Origin: Deltaproteobacteria bacterium
Lineage (GTDB): Bacteria; Myxococcota; Myxococcia; Myxococcales; 40CM-4-68-19
Assembly (NCBI GenBank): GCA_005879315.1
Contig: VBLC01000046.1
Coordinates: 132,701 to 196,700 of the forward strand
DNA: 64,000 nt
Direction: 5' to 3'
Made by a program: the position numbers and the translations under genes. Below the pieces are notes generated by a model, which saw only the letters and a list, made by a program, of their open reading frames with translations, searched no databases and was not told the DNA's origin. Of this stretch, positions 46,723 to 56,277 are shown in pieces (within the stretch, counting starts at the first letter, position 1; the number at the start of each line of letters is the position of its first letter).

Positions 46723-47349
46723 GTGACGCCGCTTCTGCGATGGGACAGCGCGCTGCTCAAGCTCGAGCTTCTCGGCGACCCGCGTCTGGCCTGGCCCGGC
46801 GGAGTGACGCTCTCGGGCAACCAGGCGCTGGCGGCGGCGCAGTCTGCGCGCGGGCTCATCGCAGTCGCGCTGCGCGGGGTGGTGACGCACGAGATGCGCC
46901 AGGCGCTGCGGCTTTGGGGAGCGACGCTGCTGCCTTCTGCGCCGCCCGCGCCGGATCTGTCGGCGGAGTTCGCGCGCACGCTCGGGACGGAGCTGGCCGC
47001 CGAGCTTTCGCAGGAGCCGCCGCTTCTCGTCGCTCCCGCAGGTGAAGCGTCGATGCTGCTCGGCGCGCTGCGCGCATTGCGGGCGAGATGGCCGAAAGTG
47101 CGCGGCGTGGCTTTGGTCGCTGGCGACGAAGAGCTCCCCGATCTGCCCCGCGAGGCTCCCGAGGGAGTGGACCGGCTCGCCATCTCCTGCGCTCAGGCTC
47201 GCGACGCTCGTGCGAGAGTCGCGCGCGAGCTGGGTCTTCTCGCCGGCCATGCCTCGGCTGCGGCAGCGGCGTATGCGCAAGAGCACGGGGGAGTCGCTCT
47301 CGTGACCGGACCGGGCGAGCGCGAGTTCTCCCTCGATCCTCCGAGATGA
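46723..47349 (+). CDS. Degenerate, shortened cysteine-synthase-like (PLP fold II) protein lacking the PLP lysine
   Basis: TPLLR..LLKLE, SGN, ARELGLLAG.AS.AA, GERE.S align with CysK/M, but NPGGSVKDR and GTGGT are absent. Confidence 0.65.
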   Translation: MTPLLRWDSALLKLELLGDPRLAWPGGVTLSGNQALAAAQSARGLIAVALRGVVTHEMRQALRLWGATLLPSAPPAPDLSAEFARTLGTELAAELSQEPPLLVAPAGEASMLLGALRALRARWPKVRGVALVAGDEELPDLPREAPEGVDRLAISCAQARDARARVARELGLLAGHASAAAAAYAQEHGGVALVTGPGEREFSLDPPR

Positions 47350-47993
47350 AGACGATTCTCATTCTCGGTGTCGGTGGCCTGGGGTGCCCCGCTGCGCTCG
47401 CGCTGAAAGAGGCTGGTGTGCCGCTGCGGCTGGTATTGGTCGACCCCGATCGGGTCGAGCGCTCGAACCTGGCTCGCCAGATCCTCTTCAGCGAAGCGGA
47501 CGTCGGCCAGCCCAAGGCGGAAGTCGCCGCGCGGAAGCTGGGAGCCGAGGCGCGCGTCCTGCGCTTCGAGCCGTCTACAGCGGCAGACTTGCTCCGGGGC
47601 TGCGACGTCCTCCTCGACGGCACCGATGACTTCGCCACGCGCTTTCTCGCCAACGACGAGGCCGTCCGGCGCCGGATTCCATTGGTGCACGGCGCCGCGC
47701 TCGGCTGGACCGGCCAGCTTCTCACTGTCCTCCCTGGCCGCAGCGCCTGCCTGCGCTGCTTCTTCGAAGGGCCGCCGGCGCCGGGTGCGCTGCCTACCTG
47801 CGCGGAGGCGGGCGTGCTCGCACCTCTCTGTGGAGCCGTCGGCGCCGCCATGGCCGAGGCGGCCCTGGCTGTCCTCTCGGGCAAGGCGAAGGCGGGCGTC
47901 CTGCGCCGCTGGGATGCCCGGCGCGGAGCCGAGCGTCCGCTGGCGCTCCGCCGCGATCCGCTCTGCGCCGTCTGCGCAGGCGTGGCATCCTAG
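47346..47993 (+). CDS. ThiF/MoeB-family E1-like adenylyltransferase (N-terminally shortened, no rhodanese)
   Basis: GVGGLG, DRVERSNLARQ, DGTDDFATR, CLRC, TCAEAGVL, CAVC. Confidence 0.92.
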   Translation: MKTILILGVGGLGCPAALALKEAGVPLRLVLVDPDRVERSNLARQILFSEADVGQPKAEVAARKLGAEARVLRFEPSTAADLLRGCDVLLDGTDDFATRFLANDEAVRRRIPLVHGAALGWTGQLLTVLPGRSACLRCFFEGPPAPGALPTCAEAGVLAPLCGAVGAAMAEAALAVLSGKAKAGVLRRWDARRGAERPLALRRDPLCAVCAGVAS

Positions 47994-48007
47994 AGGCGGA
48001 GGAACCG

Positions 48008-48289
48008 ATGCCCATCACCGTCAAGATTCCCGCGCCGCTCCGGTCGCTGACCGCCAACCAGAGCGAAGTGGCCGTCGAGAACGCGGCCACCGTCCAGGAC
48101 GCCCTGGAAGAGCTGTCGCGCAAATACCCGGGGCTCAAGGACCGCTTGCTCGACGAGAAGGGCGCCCTGCGCCGCTACGTGAACCTGTTCCGCAACGACG
48201 AGGACATCCGCCACGGCCGGGGGCTGGCCACGTCGCTCGCGGAGGGCGACAAGCTCACCATCGTGCCGGCCATCGCGGGCGGATGCTGA
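48008..48289 (+). CDS. MoaD/CysO-family ubiquitin-like sulfur carrier ending AGG-C
   Basis: VKIPAPLR..T, YVNLFRNDEDIR, IVPAIAGGC. Confidence 0.93.
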   Translation: MPITVKIPAPLRSLTANQSEVAVENAATVQDALEELSRKYPGLKDRLLDEKGALRRYVNLFRNDEDIRHGRGLATSLAEGDKLTIVPAIAGGC

Positions 48290-48588
48290 GTCCCGAGCAG
48301 CAGGAGCGGTATTCGCGCCATCTCCTTCTCGACGGGCTCGATCAGGAGAAGCTGCTGGCCGCGGCCATCCGCGTCCGCGGCACGACCCGCGCGGCGCGCT
48401 GGGCCGCGAGGTATCTGGCGGCGAGCGGGGTGGGTCGGCTCATCGTCGACGAGCCCTCCTGGGAGCCTGAGTTGCGCGCGCTCGGCCCGTGGCTGCAGCT
48501 GGGCGGCGAGGCGCGCATGGAGATCGCGCCGCAGGGCGAACCCTTCGACGGCGCCTGGGCTGCGCTGGAAGTCGTGCGTGGTCTTTGA
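48283..48588 (+). CDS. Mini ThiF/MoeB paralog (101 aa) with RYSRH helix but degenerate P-loop
   Basis: MLSPEQQERYSRHLLL..QEKL...RVRGTTRAA..YLAASGVGRL; overlaps both neighbours. Confidence 0.75.
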   Translation: MLSPEQQERYSRHLLLDGLDQEKLLAAAIRVRGTTRAARWAARYLAASGVGRLIVDEPSWEPELRALGPWLQLGGEARMEIAPQGEPFDGAWAALEVVRGL

Positions 48589-49465
48589 TTCCCTCGCCGG
48601 CGCAGTCGGCAACACCCCTTTGGTGAGGCTGAGATCGCTCGAGCCCGGCGGGGTGGAGATCCACGCGAAATTGGAGTGGTTCAATCCCGGCGGCAGCGTG
48701 AAGGACCGCGCCGGACTGCAGATCATCCGCGAGAGCGTCGAGAAGCTGCGCGGCCGGACGTTGATCGACTCGACCAGCGGCAACACCGGGATCGCCTACG
48801 CCTGGATCGGCGCGGCGCTGCGCGTGCCGGTGGCGCTGGTCATGCCGGAAAACGTGTCTGAAGCGCGCAAGCGCATCGTCCGCGCCTTTGGAGCGCAGGT
48901 CATCTATTCCGATCCGCTCGAGACCTCCGACGGCGCCATCCGCCTGGCGCGCCAGCTGGTGCGCGAGCAACCCGATCGCTGGTTCTACGCCGATCAGTAC
49001 TCCAACGAAGCGAACCCGCGCGCCCACGAGCTGGGCACGGCGCGAGAGATCTGGGACCAGACCGGCGGCCGGGTGACTCATGCAGTGGTCGGAATCGGCA
49101 CCGGCGGCACCATCATGGGAGTCGGCCGCGGCCTGCGCGCGCGCAACCGGCGCGTGCAGATCGTCGCCGTCGAGCCGGCGGAAGCGCTTCACGGCCTGGA
49201 GGGCCTCAAGCACATGCCCTCGTCGATCGTGCCCGCCATCTACAAGGAGTCCGAGCTGGACCGGAAGCTCTCGATCCCCACCGATGCCGGCTGGGACATG
49301 GCCGAGCGGCTCGCGCGCGACGAGGGCCTCTTCGCCGGCCACAGCGCCGGCGCGGCCGCCTTCGGCGCACAGCTGGTGGCGCGCGAGATCGCCGAGCGAG
49401 GCGAGACCGGCGTCGTCGTCACGCTGTTCCCCGACCGCGCCGACCGTTACATTGCCCCGGCATGA
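48578..49465 (+). CDS. cysM: Cysteine synthase CysM-type (PLP-dependent)
   Basis: GNTPLV, KLEWFNPGGSVKDR, STSGNTG, GIGTGGT, HGLEGLK. Confidence 0.9.
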   Translation: MVFDSLAGAVGNTPLVRLRSLEPGGVEIHAKLEWFNPGGSVKDRAGLQIIRESVEKLRGRTLIDSTSGNTGIAYAWIGAALRVPVALVMPENVSEARKRIVRAFGAQVIYSDPLETSDGAIRLARQLVREQPDRWFYADQYSNEANPRAHELGTAREIWDQTGGRVTHAVVGIGTGGTIMGVGRGLRARNRRVQIVAVEPAEALHGLEGLKHMPSSIVPAIYKESELDRKLSIPTDAGWDMAERLARDEGLFAGHSAGAAAFGAQLVAREIAERGETGVVVTLFPDRADRYIAPA

Positions 49466-49905
49466 TCGCGCCGGAGGTGCTCCGCCAGATCGCCGCGCAC
49501 GCGCGCTCGACCTATCCGGCCGAGTGTTGTGGGCTCTTGTTGCGCGACCGGAGCGGCGCGATCTCTTTCCGGCCGATCCCCAACATCGCCGGCTCGCCGG
49601 AAGCGCGGCCCACCAGCTCGCGCACCGCTCGCGACGGATATGTGATGGATCCGAAGGCGCTGCTTTCGGCAATGCAGGAAGGCGACCTTTGGGCCATCGT
49701 CCATAGCCATCCTGACGTCGGTGCCTATTTCTCTAAAGAAGACAGAGACATGGCGCTAGGCGATGGGGAGGAGCCACTCTGGCCCGGCGTGCGATATCTG
49801 GTCGTTTCGGTGCGCGCCGGGCGCGTGGAGGGCGCCCGCATCTATACCTGGGATAGTTCCCGCGGCGATTTTGCAGAAGAAGAAGTTATCGGAATAATCG
49901 AATAG
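49462..49905 (+). CDS. JAB/MPN+ (Mec+-like) metallopeptidase
   Basis: YPAECCG, IVHSHPD..AYFS.ED (JAMM motif). Confidence 0.93.
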   Translation: MIAPEVLRQIAAHARSTYPAECCGLLLRDRSGAISFRPIPNIAGSPEARPTSSRTARDGYVMDPKALLSAMQEGDLWAIVHSHPDVGAYFSKEDRDMALGDGEEPLWPGVRYLVVSVRAGRVEGARIYTWDSSRGDFAEEEVIGIIE

Positions 49906-49957
49906 ACATTCATTAGGCGCGAATGTATGGTGCGCCAATCTCTTGGAGCGCACCGCG

Positions 49958-50749
49958 ATGAATCTCGGCAGCTCGTCGAATGGCTTCACCGTCTGGTTTA
50001 CCGGAATGAGCGGCGCCGGCAAATCGACGCTGGCGCAGGGTCTGGCTAACCGCCTGCGACGACTGGGGAAAATAGTCGACGTGATGGACGGCCCGGAAGT
50101 CGAGCAGATGCTCGGGGTCGGCAAGGGCGGCACCAAGGACGAGCGCAATGCCGAGGCGCGCAAGCTGGCCTGGGTTTGCAAGCTCGTGACGCGGGGCGGC
50201 GGAACCATTCTGCAATCGGCCATCGAGAGTCCCTATCGCGAAACCCGCGACGAGGCGCGGCGGCAGATCGGCCGGTTCGCCGAGGTCTTCGTGGAGTGCC
50301 CCATCGAAACACTCATCCATCGCGACCGGAGCGGCCGCTACAAGCGCGCGCTCGCCGGCGAGTTGAAGACGCTCGTCGGCATCACCGAGCCTTACGAGCC
50401 GCCGGTGCATCCGGAGGTGGTCGTCGACACCAGCAAGCACTCGGTCGACGAAGCCGTCGAACACATCCTCGGCCAGCTCGTCGCGCAGCGGCTGCTCGAT
50501 CCGGAGTTCGCCGCCTTGAAATCGCGGCCGCGCCTGCAGGCGCGCGCGCCGCTGCCCGAGCAGCCGAAGCCTGCGGCGGCGAAGGTGGAGAAGCCTCGTC
50601 TCGCCAAGGTGAAGAAGCTGCGGCAGCACAAGGCGGCCAAGCCTTCCAAGCCGGCCAAGGCGCAGCGGCGGGCGCCGGCGCGCAAGTCGGCGGCCGCGCG
50701 CACGGCGCGGGTGGGGCCACAGCGGCGCGGCGGAAAGCGCAAGCGCTGA
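49958..50749 (+). CDS. cysC: Divergent adenylyl-sulfate kinase-like protein with Lys/Ala/Arg-rich tail
   Basis: TVWFTGMSGAGKST, SPYRETR, FAEVFVECP, GITEPYEPP; LDGD replaced by MDGP; about 80-aa basic tail. Confidence 0.75.
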   Translation: MNLGSSSNGFTVWFTGMSGAGKSTLAQGLANRLRRLGKIVDVMDGPEVEQMLGVGKGGTKDERNAEARKLAWVCKLVTRGGGTILQSAIESPYRETRDEARRQIGRFAEVFVECPIETLIHRDRSGRYKRALAGELKTLVGITEPYEPPVHPEVVVDTSKHSVDEAVEHILGQLVAQRLLDPEFAALKSRPRLQARAPLPEQPKPAAAKVEKPRLAKVKKLRQHKAAKPSKPAKAQRRAPARKSAAARTARVGPQRRGGKRKR

Positions 50750-50752
50750 GCC

Positions 50753-51568
50753 ATGCTGCAGGCCAAGCGCGAGGCGGCGCTGCAGCGCCTGCGCGGGCTG
50801 GGCAGCGCGCTGGTGGCCTATTCGGGCGGCGTTGATTCGGCGCTGCTCCTGGCGCTGGCGCGCGAGGCCTTGGGAGCGCGAGCCGTCGCTTTCACCGCCG
50901 TTTCGCCGGCCGTGGCGCCCGATGAGCTGGAGGGCGCGCGCTCTCTCGCGCAGGAGCTGGGCGTCGAGCACGTCGAGCGCGCCTCGGGTGAGCTGGAGGA
51001 TCCCCACTACGCTCAAAATCCCGTCGACCGCTGCTACTTCTGCAAGACCGAGCTGTACCGGCTGGCCGAAGACGAGGCCCGGGCGCGCGGGCTCGCCGCC
51101 GTCGTGGCGGGGACGAATGCGGATGAGCTCCTCGACTACCGCCCAGGCCTGCGCGCAGCGCATGAGCACCAGGTGGTCCAGCCGCTTGCCGAGGCGGGGT
51201 TGAGCAAGGCGGAGATCCGCCAGCTGAGCCGCGAGATGGGCCTGCCCACCTGGGACAAGCCGCAGCAGCCCTGCCTCTCCTCGCGCATTCCCTACGGCAC
51301 GGAGGTGACGGCCGAGCGGCTCGCCCAGCTGGCGCGCAGCGAGATGGCCCTGCGCGCTCTCGGTCTGCGCGAATTTCGCGTCCGGTACCACGGCGACGTC
51401 GCCCGCATCGAGGTCGCCGAGGGAGAGCTGGACCAGCTCCTGCGCGTCCGCGACCAAATCGCGCGAGTTCTAAAAGAATCCGGCTTCAAGTTCGTCAGCC
51501 TCGACCTCGAGCCCTTCCGCAGCGGCCGGCTCAACGAAGCGGCTGGCCTCGTGCCTCTCCGCCGCTGA
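50753..51568 (+). CDS. larE: LarE-family ATP-dependent sulfur transferase
   Basis: AYSGGVDS PP-loop, RCYFCK, GTNADE..DYRPG, PCLSSRIPYG, RVRYHG..ARIE. Confidence 0.93.
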   Translation: MLQAKREAALQRLRGLGSALVAYSGGVDSALLLALAREALGARAVAFTAVSPAVAPDELEGARSLAQELGVEHVERASGELEDPHYAQNPVDRCYFCKTELYRLAEDEARARGLAAVVAGTNADELLDYRPGLRAAHEHQVVQPLAEAGLSKAEIRQLSREMGLPTWDKPQQPCLSSRIPYGTEVTAERLAQLARSEMALRALGLREFRVRYHGDVARIEVAEGELDQLLRVRDQIARVLKESGFKFVSLDLEPFRSGRLNEAAGLVPLRR

Positions 51569-51654
51569 TCATCGGTCGATCGGCGGCTGCCGCCCGGGCA
51601 ATCGCTCTCGTACCATGCGCGCGCTCATTCCCGAGCTCGGGAGGTCGGTCGCGC

Positions 51655-54129
51655 ATGCCTATCGTCTCGTCCAGTCCGCGCGGCAAGCGGGTCCGCCTCG
51701 CCCTCGCCGCAGCGCTGCTCGCCGCCGGCTGCTCGGGCGGCGGCGGGTGCGGCACCTCCTGCGGCGGCGCTTTCAAGGCGGTCGACGAGCAGGGCCATCC
51801 CATCCAGTTCACCGGCGCGCGCCTCGACAACGTCGCGCAGGTCCGGCTGACCCGGAGCGGCTTCAACTTCCTCAACGCCAGCCACCTGAACGAAATCCTC
51901 GGCGCCCTCAACTCCGGCGCCGGCCTCTCCATGCCCTGCATCGAGAAGGACGCCCTTCTCGACGCCTGCCTCGGCAGCTTCGGCCTGCGCTTCAGCGTCC
52001 TCGCCGGCGACACCAACTTCAACGGGTCCTGCGACGCGGCCGACTCGACCCCGCTGCACATCGCCTTCAAGGACGTGAGCTGGATTCTCCTTCCCCCCGG
52101 CACGCTGCGGGCGCACATCGTCCTGCACCTCAAGACCGGGGACATCTACCTGCGCACCAAGGAGGAGCACAGCACGCTCTGCGGTGGCACGAGCGCCATC
52201 CAGCTGCGCGCCTTTTACGACGACGAGCTCCCCGGGCTGCCGGAGAAAGACACGGTGGTCGACCTCGACCTCGGCTTCAGCACCGCTCCGGACGGAAGGC
52301 TGCAGATCAATTTTCCCAACGCCTCGCTCGACGCCATCGTCGCGAACTTCCAGCCGGGAGCACTCTGGCTCGACGGCAACGTCGGCACCGATCCGCCCAT
52401 CGCCCCGAACGCGGCCGGCAAGTACTTCGGCAACGGGTGCGATTCGAGCGCCCGTGGCACCTACGCCGTGACCAAGAATGGTGGCGCGCAGCTGAGCTGC
52501 TCGCAGGTCTTCACCGACTTGTCCGCCGGCTGCGATCCGAACGGCAGCAACGGCGCCCTCTGCGGCATCGTCGAATATGTGCGCGGCTCTCTCTTCGATG
52601 ATCTCAAGAACCATTTCGCGAGCCACATCGTCAGCGTGCTGCGCGCGCAGCTCGACAACCTCCGCTGCCAGCGCGCGAGCGACAGGCAAAGCAGTCCAGT
52701 CGCGTGCGACGGCAATCATCCCTGCCCAGCCGACGACGACGGCCACGCCCTCGCTTGCGATCTCGCGCGCGGCGTCTGCTACTCGCCCGCGGCAGGCACC
52801 GGCAACTTCAACTGCGAGCCGATCCCGCTGGCCATCGCCGGGCAGCTCGACGTGAGCCACCTCACCGAGAGAGTCGGCTTTCCGCCCGAGACGAAGCTCG
52901 ACATCTTCGCCGGCCTGGGGAGCAAGGGCGCGGCGGGCCTCGTTGACGGCAACGGGCTGCAGCTCTCGGCCCAGGCGGGGACGGCGCCCGCCTCGCCGCT
53001 CCTGGCGCTTTGCGTGCCGCCCGCGCAGCAGGCTTCCGCGGTCGACCCACCGCCGATGGATTTCGAGGCCAACAAGCCCGCCGGCGTCACCAGCTACGAT
53101 GCCGCTTTCTCTCTCGCCGGCGCGATGCTCAACCGCGGTTTTCTCGACGCCTACCATGCTGGCCTCCTTTGCGTGGCGGTGACCCACAAGACCACGCCGT
53201 ACATCTCCAGCGGGCTGTTCAGGCTCTTCCTGCCTTCGCTGGGGCTGGTCACTGGCGACAAAGAGGTGCCGATGAACGTCCTCTTCCGGCCCACCCAGCC
53301 GCCCTACGTGCGCGTCGGCCGCAACACCACCAAGGTCAATCCCGACGGGAGCATCACGCCGGACGATCCGCTGCTCACGCTGGCTTTCAAGCAGCTCGAG
53401 GTCGACTTCTATGCGCTCGTCGACGAGCGACAGGTCCGTCTCTTCACGCTGCAGGCCGACCTGCAGCTGCCGCTCGGCATCCGGACTTTTGCCGAGCCGA
53501 ACGCGGACACGCTGCAGCCCGTGCTGGGCGGGCTCGAGACCCTGCTCACCAACGTCTCGGCGCTCTCGCCCGACGGCGGCCCCTATGGCCCGAGCGATCT
53601 GCTCGCGGAGGATCCGGGCGCGCTCAAGGACCTGCTTGCGGCGGTGTTGCGATTGGCGCAGCCGCTGCTCGCCGGCGTGATCAAGCCGATGGTGCTGCCG
53701 ACCATGCTCGGCCTGCGCTTCGGGGTCGAGGGCATCGCGGGCGCCGTACCGATGACGGACGTCGGGAGGGGCGGCTATCACCATCTGGCGCTTTGGGCGA
53801 ACGTGAACGAGTGTGGGAGCTCCTGCGCGCCTCGCACCGTGCGCACCGAGGCGCGAGTGGCGAGCGCCCAAGCCCCGGCAAGCCTGGAAAGGGCCCTGCG
53901 TCCCGAGCTCGAGATGGAACTCTTCTCACAGGCGCGCTGGGCAGAGTTCAGCTATCGGGTCGACGGCTCGCTCTGGTCGCCCTGGATCGGAAATGTCTCG
54001 CGGCTGACCATCCACGATCCGCTCTTCCTCCTGCCGGGGCATCACCTCGTCGAGGTCACCTCGCGCGAGGCTGGTGACGACCGGACCATGGACCGCGAGC
54101 CGGCGACGGTGGACTTCGTCGTCAACTGA
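51655..54129 (+). CDS. Large Cys-rich lipoprotein, possible LBP/BPI-like fold with C-terminal Ig-like domain
   Basis: Lipobox AAGC; NVAQVRLTRSGFNFL; many Cys; FSYRVDG..WSPW...GHHLVEV. Confidence 0.6.
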   Translation: MPIVSSSPRGKRVRLALAAALLAAGCSGGGGCGTSCGGAFKAVDEQGHPIQFTGARLDNVAQVRLTRSGFNFLNASHLNEILGALNSGAGLSMPCIEKDALLDACLGSFGLRFSVLAGDTNFNGSCDAADSTPLHIAFKDVSWILLPPGTLRAHIVLHLKTGDIYLRTKEEHSTLCGGTSAIQLRAFYDDELPGLPEKDTVVDLDLGFSTAPDGRLQINFPNASLDAIVANFQPGALWLDGNVGTDPPIAPNAAGKYFGNGCDSSARGTYAVTKNGGAQLSCSQVFTDLSAGCDPNGSNGALCGIVEYVRGSLFDDLKNHFASHIVSVLRAQLDNLRCQRASDRQSSPVACDGNHPCPADDDGHALACDLARGVCYSPAAGTGNFNCEPIPLAIAGQLDVSHLTERVGFPPETKLDIFAGLGSKGAAGLVDGNGLQLSAQAGTAPASPLLALCVPPAQQASAVDPPPMDFEANKPAGVTSYDAAFSLAGAMLNRGFLDAYHAGLLCVAVTHKTTPYISSGLFRLFLPSLGLVTGDKEVPMNVLFRPTQPPYVRVGRNTTKVNPDGSITPDDPLLTLAFKQLEVDFYALVDERQVRLFTLQADLQLPLGIRTFAEPNADTLQPVLGGLETLLTNVSALSPDGGPYGPSDLLAEDPGALKDLLAAVLRLAQPLLAGVIKPMVLPTMLGLRFGVEGIAGAVPMTDVGRGGYHHLALWANVNECGSSCAPRTVRTEARVASAQAPASLERALRPELEMELFSQARWAEFSYRVDGSLWSPWIGNVSRLTIHDPLFLLPGHHLVEVTSREAGDDRTMDREPATVDFVVN

Positions 54130-54147
54130 GAGATCGCGCTTGGCGCG

Positions 54148-54810
54148 TCAGGGGAAGGGGTCCATCTCCGGTGGATAGAACACCTCCACGAGCGTAAGGC
54201 CGTGCGCGGGGGCCGTTGCGCCCATCCACGGCCGGTGCCGCGCGGCCAGCTCCCGGAGCGACTCCGGCGAGGCATAGCCGAGCGCGACTGCACCGAGGTG
54301 CCCGGCGAGATTGCGAATCTGATGCTTGCGAAAGGCTCGCGCCTCGACGAGGAGGATGCCCTCGTCGTCGAGAGACCAGCTCGACAGGGGCGGCGCGGGC
54401 CGGTGCAGCTTGGAGGGCGAGGCGAGGCCGGACAGCTCCGGCAGCCCGAGAAGGCCACGCAAGGCCGTGCGCGCCCGCTCCCAGTCGCCGCGCGGCACGA
54501 ACGAGGACATGCGATACCGGTAGCGCTTGCCGATCGCGCTCGCCCGCGCATGGAACGACGGATGCGCCTCGGCCCAGCGAAGGAGACGCAGGCCTTCGGG
54601 GAACCGCAGCGCAGGAAACTCGGGCGCGCTCGCACTGCGGAACGACGCGACTTGTCCTTCCGCAGCGACCCCGGCATCGGTGCGCGAGGCGCCTTGCACG
54701 GTGTGGCCGAGAATTTCCTCCAGCGCTCCCTGCACGGTAGAAAGTCCAGGCTGCTTCTGCCAGCCGCGGAAGGCGCTGCCGTCGTAAGCGAGGAGGAGTG
54801 CGAAATTCAT
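54148..54810 (-). CDS. truA: tRNA pseudouridine synthase TruA-like (short)
   Basis: YDGSAFRGWQ.Q, SRTDAGV, FHAR, F..HQIR, APAHGLTL..V.Y. Confidence 0.85.
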   Translation of the reverse strand: MNFALLLAYDGSAFRGWQKQPGLSTVQGALEEILGHTVQGASRTDAGVAAEGQVASFRSASAPEFPALRFPEGLRLLRWAEAHPSFHARASAIGKRYRYRMSSFVPRGDWERARTALRGLLGLPELSGLASPSKLHRPAPPLSSWSLDDEGILLVEARAFRKHQIRNLAGHLGAVALGYASPESLRELAARHRPWMGATAPAHGLTLVEVFYPPEMDPFP

Positions 54811-54965
54811 TGCCGCTTCCGTCGATCTTGCGGTCAGGCAGGCGCCCGCACAGGGTCGCATTCTGGCGCAGATCGCCCGCCCTCTATATTTTTCATTACG
54901 GTGTTCGGCGGAGATGGTTGCCCGGCTGGCTGGGCCGCGCGTACACTTGGTAGCGTGGAGGTGAG

Positions 54966-56258
<1,293 letters not shown>

Positions 56259-56277
56259 GAGCAGAGCGTGTTGAAGA

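Noticed and set aside
47346-48588. A single moeB broken by frameshift or insertion
   Set aside because: The N-terminal-like piece lies downstream of the C-terminal-like piece and both cover the first Rossmann strand and helix, so they are separate paralogs
47346-49905. CBASS/Bil-type E1-E2-JAB antiphage ubiquitination system
   Set aside because: No E2, CD-NTase or effector gene; the carrier is MoaD/CysO-like and the neighbours are sulfur-metabolism enzymes
54148-54810. truA pseudogene
   Set aside because: Short (220 aa) and divergent, but the frame is intact and the catalytic RTD aspartate and FHAR motif are retained
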